From Promethearchaeia archaeon (GTDB lineage Archaea; Asgardarchaeota; Lokiarchaeia; Sigyniarchaeales; SOKP01), in assembly GCA_029856125.1 (NCBI GenBank), contig JAHQWJ010000065.1:1-34024 (forward strand): a stretch of 34,024 nucleotides of DNA, written 5' to 3'. A program made the position numbers and the translations under genes. Numbering within the stretch: position 1 is the first letter of the stretch; each line of letters begins with the position of its first letter. This document shows, piece after piece, positions 17,704-26,290 of this stretch. The notes beneath the pieces are model-generated. The model did not search any database. It saw only the letters and a program-made list of their open reading frames with translations, and had not been told where the DNA came from.

Positions 17704-18939
17704 ATGGTGATAATAATGGGTAAAGATTCAGATTTTTTTGCAAAAGGAATGTCAGAGGAAGAGAGAGACTTATACGATCGCCAATTTCGTTTAGAAGGAT
17801 GGTCCCAAAAATTAGTTAAGAATTCAAGAGTGTTAATAGCGGGTGTAGGGGGTTTGGGATGTGAAATTGCTAAAAATTTGGCTATGTTAGGTGTAGGTCA
17901 TATAGATCTTGTTGATATTGATATAATTGAACATTCTAATCTGAACCGTCAAATTCTCTTTGCTGGAGCAAAGTTAGGAGAACCTAAAGCATTTATTGCT
18001 GCTAGAAAATTGACTGAAATTAACCCCAATATTATTGTTAAAGGGTATCATACATCCTTAGAAAGATTAAATCCAGCACTCTATCACGCTTCAGATGTTG
18101 TAATTGGAGGTCTTGATTCGATGAATGCAAGGTTGAACTTAAACGCTCAATGCATTAGATTTAAAAAACCTTTGGTAGATGGGGGGGTTTCTGGTTATTA
18201 TGGTCACATATATACGATATTTCCATATCAAAATGCATGTTATGAATGTAATCCATTACCAGACATCAAGAATGATGATATGGCAGCTTGTACAGTAGTT
18301 GGAATCCCTCGAAAAAGAATTCATTGTGTTTTTAAAGGAGATATGGCCTTTAAAGAGAAATTTGACAAAGATCCGAATCCTAAAAATATCGAGGATATCA
18401 AATTTATTCAAAAAGTTGCAAATGAATACGTAGTAAAACACAATTTCTTACCTGAATATACTGAAGATGATGTCGTAAAAATTATTGATCGCCACGATCC
18501 AGGGATCATTACGATTAACGCAACTATTTCAGCATTACAATCTCACGAAGTGGTTAAAATCCTTCATTGGGAAAAAGGTCACAAGGGTTTAGGTGAGCCC
18601 ATCAAAAATTACATTATATTTAATGCAGTGACTATGAAATTACACCACATTGAAAAGAAGAGAAATCCAGAATGTTCTCAATGTGGTAAAAGTGCAAGAC
18701 GAGTTTCCATTAAAATGAGAGATATTTCACCTTGCGTAAATATAATTAAAACACTAGAAAGAAATGGATTTGAATTGGATTCTGAATTTGAACCGATAAT
18801 AACTCTATTGGATTTTAATGATATTATTGTTTTAGATTTAGAGCAAAATCCAACTCAAAACGGTTTAAGGAATTACGAATTTCTAACTGTTGCGGGGTTT
18901 AAAGGTGGAGAAATTTACGTAACCTTAAAAATTAAATAA
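17704..18939 (+). CDS. Ubiquitin-like activating enzyme E1 (ThiF/MoeB adenylation domain + UBA2/UBA3-type catalytic Cys domain + putative C-terminal ubiquitin-fold domain)
   Basis: YDRQFRL, GVGGLGCEIAKNL, D-x-D-x-IEHSNLNRQ-x-LF, LDS-x-x-AR, Zn ligands CYEC and CSQC, catalytic segment ACTVVGIPR-x-x-IHC. Confidence 0.93.
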   Translation: MVIIMGKDSDFFAKGMSEEERDLYDRQFRLEGWSQKLVKNSRVLIAGVGGLGCEIAKNLAMLGVGHIDLVDIDIIEHSNLNRQILFAGAKLGEPKAFIAARKLTEINPNIIVKGYHTSLERLNPALYHASDVVIGGLDSMNARLNLNAQCIRFKKPLVDGGVSGYYGHIYTIFPYQNACYECNPLPDIKNDDMAACTVVGIPRKRIHCVFKGDMAFKEKFDKDPNPKNIEDIKFIQKVANEYVVKHNFLPEYTEDDVVKIIDRHDPGIITINATISALQSHEVVKILHWEKGHKGLGEPIKNYIIFNAVTMKLHHIEKKRNPECSQCGKSARRVSIKMRDISPCVNIIKTLERNGFELDSEFEPIITLLDFNDIIVLDLEQNPTQNGLRNYEFLTVAGFKGGEIYVTLKIK

Positions 18940-18996
18940 AAATTTAATCAAAAATATAATTTTAAAATATAATAATAAAAAAACGGGGTTAAGAAT

Positions 18997-19524
18997 ATGA
19001 GTATAAGAAGTAGTCGAGTTTCCCGAGATTTTGCGGGACTAAAAAAGTTGCTAAAGCAGGGTACTATTATTCAATTGAAGCCATTTAATCCAAAAAAGAA
19101 GAGCATCGATCACTTAGCTTTATTGATTAAAGGTCCTAAAGGTACTGCCTATGCTGGGGGATTGTTTAAATTAGAAATGAAGTTTCCAGTTCAATATCCT
19201 AAACAACCTCCTTTTGTCCGATTGCATACTCCTATATGGCATCCAAATTTTTGGCCAAAACCAAGTGAGTATAAAGGACAAAGAAATATTTGCTTAGCTT
19301 TAGTAGATCCATCTCTAGTTGGAAAAAAAGGGGGATGGAGTCCTTCAAAAACAGCAGTTACAGTCGTTCAATCAATTATTGCTATGTTAAACACTCATGG
19401 AAAATATGTTAATCCAACTGATGTGTTTAATAAAAAAGCAGCTATAGAAATGATGAAAAATCCGAAATTTTTTGATAAAAAAGTAAAAACTTTAGTAAAG
19501 AAGTATGCCAAGGATAAATGGTGA
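18997..19524 (+). CDS. Ubiquitin-conjugating enzyme E2 (UBC fold)
   Basis: GP-x-GT-x-Y-x-GGLF-x-L...FP..YP..PP...TPIWHPN...ICL...WSP...VVQSIIAML. Confidence 0.95.
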   Translation: MSIRSSRVSRDFAGLKKLLKQGTIIQLKPFNPKKKSIDHLALLIKGPKGTAYAGGLFKLEMKFPVQYPKQPPFVRLHTPIWHPNFWPKPSEYKGQRNICLALVDPSLVGKKGGWSPSKTAVTVVQSIIAMLNTHGKYVNPTDVFNKKAAIEMMKNPKFFDKKVKTLVKKYAKDKW

Positions 19525-19531
19525 ACCTAGA

Positions 19532-20335
19532 ATGAATTTCGATGAAAAGAATAGCGATTCTATCAGAGATGCTATAAAACAAAGAATTAAAGAGAAAATT
19601 AAAAAAGAATTACTTGAAGAAGTATACACAGAATTACAATTAGAAGAATTACAAGAAGAATTAACAACAGAAATTATCAAGGCGAAACCTATAGTTCATT
19701 CAAAAGAATTCAAAGCAAAACTTGAACCCATCCCGATGGAACCAGTAAAAACTACAGCTAGCAATGACAGAACTAAAGCTAAAATAGCTATCACTTCAAC
19801 AGCAATTCTTAAAATCGCGAGTCATTCATTAAAATATGCTAATTCTAAAATACATAGAGATGATTGGGTGGAAGTAATAGGTTTACTAGCAGGGAACTTT
19901 GATAGTTCTAAAGGAATCCTAAATCTGGAAGATGCTTATCCAATGGGACATGGAACAGCGGTCTATGCTGAAATAAAGGATTATAAGAATTATGTTAGAG
20001 CTTACAGAGATATTAAAAAAAAGGGACTGTTTATATGTGGTTGGTATCATTCTCATCCTTCTTATGGATGCTTCATGTCAAGAGAAGATTTAGGAACTCA
20101 AGCAAGATATCAAAAATTGTGGAATAAAGCTGTAGCACTCGTCATCGATCCATATCAAATTAACGGGAAATCGTTTGGTTTTGAAATTTATCGTGCAAAT
20201 TTTAAGACCAGGAAATGGTTCTCAGTGCCTTTTGATATTAAGGGGCATTTAGATGTGATGATGTTACCCGAAATTTTAGAATTCATGAACCCAATAATTG
20301 ATGGCAAACCAGTATATTTAGAATATGATGAATAA
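19532..20335 (+). CDS. JAMM/MPN+ metallo-isopeptidase (Rpn11/CSN5-like) with an N-terminal helical extension
   Basis: EVIGLLAG, GWYHSHP-x-YG-x-x-x-S-x-x-D-x-x-TQ, VALVIDP. ATG 19532 follows GGTGA (the track opens at 19505). Confidence 0.93.
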   Translation: MNFDEKNSDSIRDAIKQRIKEKIKKELLEEVYTELQLEELQEELTTEIIKAKPIVHSKEFKAKLEPIPMEPVKTTASNDRTKAKIAITSTAILKIASHSLKYANSKIHRDDWVEVIGLLAGNFDSSKGILNLEDAYPMGHGTAVYAEIKDYKNYVRAYRDIKKKGLFICGWYHSHPSYGCFMSREDLGTQARYQKLWNKAVALVIDPYQINGKSFGFEIYRANFKTRKWFSVPFDIKGHLDVMMLPEILEFMNPIIDGKPVYLEYDE

Positions 20336-20368
20336 AAAGATAAAAAACATCTTAGGTGATATCAAACC

Positions 20369-21493
20369 ATGGCAAGAAATAAAACTACACCAATAATATT
20401 TACTATTTTTCTAATAATTGGTGCAATCCATGGGTTACTCTCCTATTCTTTTTCTAATTTTGCGACTTGGTTATTAATTGGGTTATGGTTAATTTTTACA
20501 TTAAAGATATTTGGAAACATAAAACGTCACCGTGAGTTTAATTCACCGCATAATACTGCATTTTTTGTCATCGTTCCATTAGGTATTGGAATTTTTTATT
20601 CTATATGGGGATTTTATACTGGCATTTTAGGAGAAAACCTTCTTGGAGGAGTATATTTTAGTTTATGGAGCCTAATTTTTGCCTTTCCTTACGTATTATT
20701 TGGTTCTTACTCTTTATATCGTTGTTTTAAGAAATACAATGTAATATATTTTGGAACAAAAGCAGTAAAAGCTAGAGCGTTGGGATATATCCTATCATTT
20801 TCAGTTCTAATTTTTATTTTAGCCTATTGGATAAGTTTCTATAGTGGTATTGAGAGTATTCCATTGGATCTTAATCTCTTACTGCTATTAATAGCTACGA
20901 TTTTAATAGTTATAATTTTTGGGTTTACTAATACACGCTCATCATTACCAGCAATAACTCGTGATTACATTGCAAACCGTACTAGAACGATTAATAATTT
21001 AACCACACCTACAACACAGAGACAACGTGTACGGACAACGAGGGTAACTAACCCAACTCCATCTACTAGAACAACTACGCGCACAACAAGATCAAGAACT
21101 CAATCATCAAGGGCAACACCCACATCTCGTAAGCAAACTAATAGATCTAAAACATCAAATGTAACTCGTACCACTAGAGTCAAACCGACTCCAAAAATTC
21201 GAGATATTAATAAGTTTAAACCAAGAGCATCATATTTATCATTAGAGGATTTTAAGTGCATCTTTTGTTTTAAATTACCAAAACTTCCTGAAGATAGAGG
21301 ACGAGGAGTAGTTGTGTGTCCGAATTGTAGGTATCCTTCTCACGCTGACGAATTTAAAGATTGGATGCGAACTTCAAACCTTTGTTCACGCTGTAGTGCA
21401 TCTATTCCATCTAGTTTTAGGCGTAATCCAAGAGTAATAAGCATAAAAAATTATGTGATAATCTATAAACAATTTTTAAAGAAAAAAGCGTAG
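20369..21493 (+). CDS. Polytopic membrane protein with a C-terminal RING-like zinc finger (putative membrane E3 ligase)
   Basis: About six hydrophobic helices, a Thr/Arg/Ser-rich linker, then C-x2-C-x16-C-x2-C-x4-H-x2-E-x3-W-x6-C-x2-C; last gene of the E1/E2/JAMM operon. Confidence 0.8.
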   Translation: MARNKTTPIIFTIFLIIGAIHGLLSYSFSNFATWLLIGLWLIFTLKIFGNIKRHREFNSPHNTAFFVIVPLGIGIFYSIWGFYTGILGENLLGGVYFSLWSLIFAFPYVLFGSYSLYRCFKKYNVIYFGTKAVKARALGYILSFSVLIFILAYWISFYSGIESIPLDLNLLLLLIATILIVIIFGFTNTRSSLPAITRDYIANRTRTINNLTTPTTQRQRVRTTRVTNPTPSTRTTTRTTRSRTQSSRATPTSRKQTNRSKTSNVTRTTRVKPTPKIRDINKFKPRASYLSLEDFKCIFCFKLPKLPEDRGRGVVVCPNCRYPSHADEFKDWMRTSNLCSRCSASIPSSFRRNPRVISIKNYVIIYKQFLKKKA

Positions 21494-21527
21494 TCATAAA
21501 GATAGATCTTGTAGATTTAGGAATTAT

Positions 21528-21546
21528 ACTCTCAAGAGTTTTTTTT
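21528..21546 (+). terminator. Possible terminator of the UBL operon
   Basis: Short stem ACTC-TCAA-GAGT running into an oligo-T tract about 35 nt after the RING gene stop. Confidence 0.3.
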
Positions 21547-21641
21547 ATTCTTTAAAAGCGATTTTTATCGATTTCTAGTATTTATTTATAGTTTCCTAAA
21601 TTTATAGAAATAATAATTAAAAAAGAGGATATGCGAGAAAA

Positions 21642-22199
21642 ATGAATAACGAAAGAGTACAAGAACTTATAACACATCTTATTAAAGAAATTGAGGGAAA
21701 TGATCATTTACGACCAGCAACGAAAGAAACTCCAAAACGAGTAGCTAACGCTTATAACGAAATATTTGAAGGTTATCAACAAGATTTAGATAAGGATATA
21801 AAAATTTTTAAAGCGCAATATAGTGAAATTATTGTATCGAGAGGTATTCAATTTTATAGCATGTGTGAACACCACATCTTACCCTTTTATGGTACAGTTG
21901 ATATTGTATATATGCCTGGAGAATTTCTTTTAGGTATATCAAAATTCGTTAGAGTAGTTAATTATTTTACACATAGGTTAAATGTTCAAGAAAAAATGAC
22001 CGATGATATTGCTAATTATTTAATGAACTGCATTTTAAAACCAAGAGGAGTAATGGTTATAGTCAAAGGAACTCACTTGTGTGAGATAATGAGAGGTGTA
22101 AAACAATCTAACCCAATAATGGTTACCTCGGCTATAAAAGGAATATTTAAAACAAACCCTACGAGCAGATCAGAGGCATTGGAACTTCTAAAGATCTAG
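21642..22199 (+). CDS. folE: GTP cyclohydrolase I (type IA)
   Basis: ETPKRVA, FYSMCEHHILPFYG, GISKF, RLNVQEKMT, HLCEIMRGV. Confidence 0.95.
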   Translation: MNNERVQELITHLIKEIEGNDHLRPATKETPKRVANAYNEIFEGYQQDLDKDIKIFKAQYSEIIVSRGIQFYSMCEHHILPFYGTVDIVYMPGEFLLGISKFVRVVNYFTHRLNVQEKMTDDIANYLMNCILKPRGVMVIVKGTHLCEIMRGVKQSNPIMVTSAIKGIFKTNPTSRSEALELLKI

Positions 22200-22263
22200 A
22201 AACATCGTAATATCTTAATTGTAAAATTTTTAAATTAAAAAAGAAAAAACTTCTGAGCGTCTT

Positions 22264-23433
22264 ATGCCTAGAACGATCATTTACAGCGATTATGGTTTGA
22301 TTGGAGACGAATTGGAACTAAAAACGAATGTTTCGATAGAAATAGATAAAAATGGAAAGATCGCTAAACTTGTTTATGATAATATTCGAGATGATATTAC
22401 TTACTCGAATCAACCAAATTACATTATGATTCCAGGGCTAATAAATTCCCATATTCATATTTGCGATAGTTTTGCTAAAGAACAGGGTTTTAATAAAGAT
22501 TTATTAGAAGTTGTTGCTCCTCCAGATGGGTTAAAGCACAAATTGTTAGGAAGTATCTCAAAAGAGATTAAAACGCAAGGAATAAGAGAAGCAGCTTCAG
22601 AAATGCTAGCGAATGGTATAACTTCGTTTGTAGATTTTAGAGAAAATGGATTAACGGGTATAAATCTTTTAAAAGAGGCTTTAGATAATTCTCCAATTAA
22701 TTATCGTATTTTGGGAAGATATAACAATTCGGAAGATGCGAAATCCGTTCTGAAAAACGCTGATGGATTAGGTTTTGCGAGTTATGATCAACTTCCTCCT
22801 AAACATAAAGAAAATTTAGTTTTATTGAAAGAACAAAATTTAGAGAAAACTATTGCGTGTCATGATGCTGAGCTCTCGAGGGATGAGTTCCTGTTTAATA
22901 AAATAATAGATGACAAATTAATAGATGTCATTATACATGGAACGCAGTACACAATAGAAGATTTAAAAAGAATTAAGGAGAATAATATATCTTTGGTCTT
23001 ATGTCCTAGATGTAACGGTTATTTTGGAAGTGGATTTCCACCGATAAGCGAGATTACTAAGTTGGGAATCCCTATAAGTCTTGGTACTGATAATGTAATG
23101 GCAAACAATATTGATTTATTCGAAGAGATGCGTTATTTGTATAGAATTTCCCGTGTATTAGCAACCGGTAAGGAAGATAGTCATTTATCATCAAAAGAAT
23201 TACTAAAAATGGTTAGTGTTAATGCAGCTAAAAACATGGGATTGCATAAAGAGTTCGGGTCAATTTCAGAGGGCAAGTATGCAGATTTCTCTTTATTGAA
23301 TCTTTCTGATCCAAACTACTATACATATAAGATTGATAAAGAAAATATTTATAATATCATTGTTCAAAGAACAAAATCAGAAAACATAAAGAAGACATAT
23401 ATTAAAGGTGAGGTTGAATTTGAAAGGAATTGA
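22264..23433 (+). CDS. Metal-dependent amidohydrolase/deaminase (SsnA/chlorohydrolase-like)
   Basis: PGLINSHIH, G-x-T-x-FVDFRE, CHDAE, IHGT, VLCPR, LGTDN, GSI-x-x-GK-x-AD. Confidence 0.88.
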   Translation: MPRTIIYSDYGLIGDELELKTNVSIEIDKNGKIAKLVYDNIRDDITYSNQPNYIMIPGLINSHIHICDSFAKEQGFNKDLLEVVAPPDGLKHKLLGSISKEIKTQGIREAASEMLANGITSFVDFRENGLTGINLLKEALDNSPINYRILGRYNNSEDAKSVLKNADGLGFASYDQLPPKHKENLVLLKEQNLEKTIACHDAELSRDEFLFNKIIDDKLIDVIIHGTQYTIEDLKRIKENNISLVLCPRCNGYFGSGFPPISEITKLGIPISLGTDNVMANNIDLFEEMRYLYRISRVLATGKEDSHLSSKELLKMVSVNAAKNMGLHKEFGSISEGKYADFSLLNLSDPNYYTYKIDKENIYNIIVQRTKSENIKKTYIKGEVEFERN

Positions 23434-24088
23434 ACGCCCTTACGTAATTTTGAGTGCTGCGATGACAATTGATGGAAAAATTGCTTCTAAAACGGGTGAT
23501 CCAGATATTTCAGATGAAGAAGATTGGAAATTGGTTCATAAACTTCGAACTGAAGTAGATGCAATTATGGTTGGTAAAGGTTCAATTATATTGGATAACC
23601 CAAAACTACACATTAAATATTACGAGCACAAAGGTTATTATCGCGTTGTATTAGATAGCAATCTTTCAATACCAATTGGATCAAATGTGGTAACTTATAA
23701 ACCTGATATTTACCCCACTATTATAGTAACGACTGAAAATGCTCCTATCGAGAAGATTAAAGAATTCGAATCCAAAAAAGTTGAAATTATAAAGTCAGGT
23801 AAAGGGCGTAGAGTTGATGTAGTTGAATTAATGCCCATTTTGCATAATAAGGGAATAAAAAGGATTCTTTTAGAGGGCGGAGGTAATTTAAATTGGAGTT
23901 TTATTAAAAATAATTTAGTAGATGAGATTAGATTAGCAATTGCGCCTTGGATGGTTGGAGGTAAAAATGCCGTGAGTTTAGTGGAAGGAGATGGTTATGC
24001 AAAGATGCTTGAGAGTCCAAGATATTATTTATCTGATGTGAGTAGTAGAAATAACTATGTAACTCTTAACTATAAAAAAGAAAAATGA
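23408..24088 (+). CDS. 2,5-diamino-6-(ribosylamino)-4(3H)-pyrimidinone 5'-phosphate reductase (RibG/Rib7/ArfC-type, RibD C-terminal domain)
   Basis: RPYVILSAAMTIDGKIA, VHKLR..VDAIMVG, DNPKL, RVVLDS, LLEGGG.LNWSF..LVDEI. Start may be TTG 23420 after GGTGA. Confidence 0.88.
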   Translation: MRLNLKGIERPYVILSAAMTIDGKIASKTGDPDISDEEDWKLVHKLRTEVDAIMVGKGSIILDNPKLHIKYYEHKGYYRVVLDSNLSIPIGSNVVTYKPDIYPTIIVTTENAPIEKIKEFESKKVEIIKSGKGRRVDVVELMPILHNKGIKRILLEGGGNLNWSFIKNNLVDEIRLAIAPWMVGGKNAVSLVEGDGYAKMLESPRYYLSDVSSRNNYVTLNYKKEK

Positions 24089-25215
24089 TGAATCTTTCAC
24101 AGAAAGTAGAAGAACTGGAACATTTAACAATTAAAAAGTTAAAAGAAAAAATTAAAAACATTAAGAAGGAATTACCAAGAGAAGAACAAAACATAATCAC
24201 ATTTTCGAAGAACTTTACACTTTCCCTATCAAATTATTGTCAGAATCAATGTGGATATTGCTTCTATAACCAAACTATACCTAAAGAAAATAATGAACAA
24301 AATATTGTGTTAATTAAGAAGGATAAAATTAACGAATTAATTCAGACTGCAGTAAGGTATGGATGTACTGAAGCTTTATTAATGTCTGGCGAAGCTCCTG
24401 ATAATTTCAAAGTAGTTCAAGAAGAATTGAACAAAAGAAATTATCGTGATTTCTTCCAATTTGTTAGAAATTTAGGTGAATCTTTGTTAGATGTAAATCT
24501 TTTACCTCATACTAATATAGGTGTGCTCTCGTTTGCTCAATTAAAAAGCTTAAAGGAATTTAACGCTAGCATGGGATTAATGATTGAAAGTACTTGCGAA
24601 TCTCTTTCTAACCTTGGAGGAGTTCACGAAAATTCGCCCGGTAAAACACCAGAAAACCGAATTAAGCACATTACAAACGCAGGAAAATTAAAAATTCCTT
24701 TCACAACAGGTCTATTATTAGGGATCGGGGAGAAATTTCAAGATCGCGTAAAAGATCTTCTATTAATTAAAGAACTCCATCATAAATATGGTCATATCCA
24801 AGAAGTAATAATACAAAATTTTACAGAAAAAATAGGGATTCATTATCGCCCTAATAAGCCTATATCTATTGAAGAAACGCTCAAAACTGCAGGAATTGCA
24901 AAATTTATACTTGGAAATGACATTGCTATCCAAGTTCCACCTAATCTAATCCAAAATTACGAGAAAGAAGCCTTAAAAATGGGAATTGATGATTTTGGAG
25001 GTATATCTCCTTTTACTTTAGATTATATTAACCCGAAACACGCGTGGCCTAAAATTGACTTCTTAGATAAGATATGTGAAAGTAATGGATATAAACTTAT
25101 GGAAAGACTTCCTATATATAAGAAATATGTGAATAAAAAGGGTTTTTGTTCAGAAAAAATTAAAAAAACGATAAAGAATATTAACCACAATGTCGGAAGT
25201 AAAACAAATTCTTAG
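24085..25215 (+). CDS. cofG: FO synthase subunit 1 (radical SAM)
   Basis: ITFSKNF, CQNQCGYC, GCTEAL, LPHTN-x-G, NASMGLM-x-E, SPGK, PFTTGLLLGIGE, GHIQEVIIQNF, IQVPPNL, DDFGGISP...NP..AWP. Confidence 0.93.
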   Translation: MMNLSQKVEELEHLTIKKLKEKIKNIKKELPREEQNIITFSKNFTLSLSNYCQNQCGYCFYNQTIPKENNEQNIVLIKKDKINELIQTAVRYGCTEALLMSGEAPDNFKVVQEELNKRNYRDFFQFVRNLGESLLDVNLLPHTNIGVLSFAQLKSLKEFNASMGLMIESTCESLSNLGGVHENSPGKTPENRIKHITNAGKLKIPFTTGLLLGIGEKFQDRVKDLLLIKELHHKYGHIQEVIIQNFTEKIGIHYRPNKPISIEETLKTAGIAKFILGNDIAIQVPPNLIQNYEKEALKMGIDDFGGISPFTLDYINPKHAWPKIDFLDKICESNGYKLMERLPIYKKYVNKKGFCSEKIKKTIKNINHNVGSKTNS

Positions 25216-26290
25216 AAAAGCTGAAGATTCAGTTGAAATTAGCCCCGAAGAAGCTTTAACCCTTCTAAAACTAACGGGTAAAGATTTTGCACGTTTACAA
25301 AAAGTAGCTGATCAAATTTGTTTTGAGAAAAAAAATAATCTCGTGACCTTTGTCATTAATCGTAATATAAATTTTACAAATATTTGTTATCAAGGTTGTA
25401 AATTCTGCTCATTTAGCGTTACAAGTAAAGAAAAAGAGAGTTTCTTAAAAACTCTTGAAGAAATAAGAGAAGATGTTATTGACGCAAAAAATACCGGATG
25501 TACAGAAGTTTGTATCCAAGGAGGGATAAATCCAGAACTTAATTTTGATTATTACTTAGATATTCTGAAAAATGTAAAAAATATTGATTCAAACATGCAT
25601 ACACACGCTTTTTCTCCCCAAGAAGTATTTCATATGTCAAAAATATACGAAACTTCTATTAAAAATGTCTTAGAAGATTTAAAAAAAGCCGGTTTAGATT
25701 CTATGCCGGGAACTGCTGCTGAAATTTTGGTAGATGAAATTAGAAGAGTTATATGCCCAAATAAAATTACAACATCTCAATGGATTGATGTGATAAAATC
25801 TGCCCATAATTTAGGCATTCCTACAACTTCAACTATGATGTATGGGCACATTGAAGACTTACATGATAGAATAGAACATCTTGAAGTGTTGAGAAATATT
25901 CAGAAAGAAACGTCAGGTTTTACCGAATTTGTTCCTTTATCATTCGTTAGTGAAAAACCACTTTTATCTAAGTTATCAAAATACCCTTTAAAACCCAGTT
26001 ATGGAATGGCAGATTTAAAATTATTTTCTGTAGCACGAATTTTTTTTAATAATTACATTGATAATATTCAATGTTCTTGGGTAAAATTGGGTCCGAAATT
26101 TGCTCAAGTTTCTCTTAATTACGGAGTAAACGATTTTTCTGGGACACTAATGGAAGAAAATATATCAAAAAGTGCAGGTGCGGAATTTGGAGAATATTTA
26201 TCTCCAGAGGAAATAATTGAAATTATTAAAGCTGCAGGAAAACGCCCAGCACAGAGAGATACAATATATAAAATCTTAAAATTTTACTAA
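25190..26290 (+). CDS. cofH: FO synthase subunit 2 (radical SAM)
   Basis: VTFVINRNINFTNICYQGCKFCSF, TEVCIQGG, HAFSP, GLDSMPGTAAEIL, GFTEFVPL, NIQCSWVKLG, NDFSGTLMEENI; overlaps cofG. Confidence 0.93.
   Translation: MSEVKQILRKAEDSVEISPEEALTLLKLTGKDFARLQKVADQICFEKKNNLVTFVINRNINFTNICYQGCKFCSFSVTSKEKESFLKTLEEIREDVIDAKNTGCTEVCIQGGINPELNFDYYLDILKNVKNIDSNMHTHAFSPQEVFHMSKIYETSIKNVLEDLKKAGLDSMPGTAAEILVDEIRRVICPNKITTSQWIDVIKSAHNLGIPTTSTMMYGHIEDLHDRIEHLEVLRNIQKETSGFTEFVPLSFVSEKPLLSKLSKYPLKPSYGMADLKLFSVARIFFNNYIDNIQCSWVKLGPKFAQVSLNYGVNDFSGTLMEENISKSAGAEFGEYLSPEEIIEIIKAAGKRPAQRDTIYKILKFY

Noticed and set aside
17280-18939. ThiS/MoaD/SAMP sulfur-carrier plus ThiF/MoeB/UbaA pair
   Set aside because: There is no di-Gly terminus, the E1 has a UBA2/UBA3-type catalytic Cys region, and E2, JAMM and RING genes follow directly.
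10553-20335. CBASS-like reading (nucleotidyltransferase + E1/E2 + JAB)
   Set aside because: The NTase is 6 kb away on the other strand, looks like the archaeal COG1665-type family, ends in IFCVI rather than Gly/Ala, and the operon has its own UBL and a separate canonical E2.
20980-21200. ACA/AGA-rich repetitive-looking DNA
   Set aside because: Explained by the Thr/Arg-rich linker of the RING protein; not a tandem repeat or CRISPR array.
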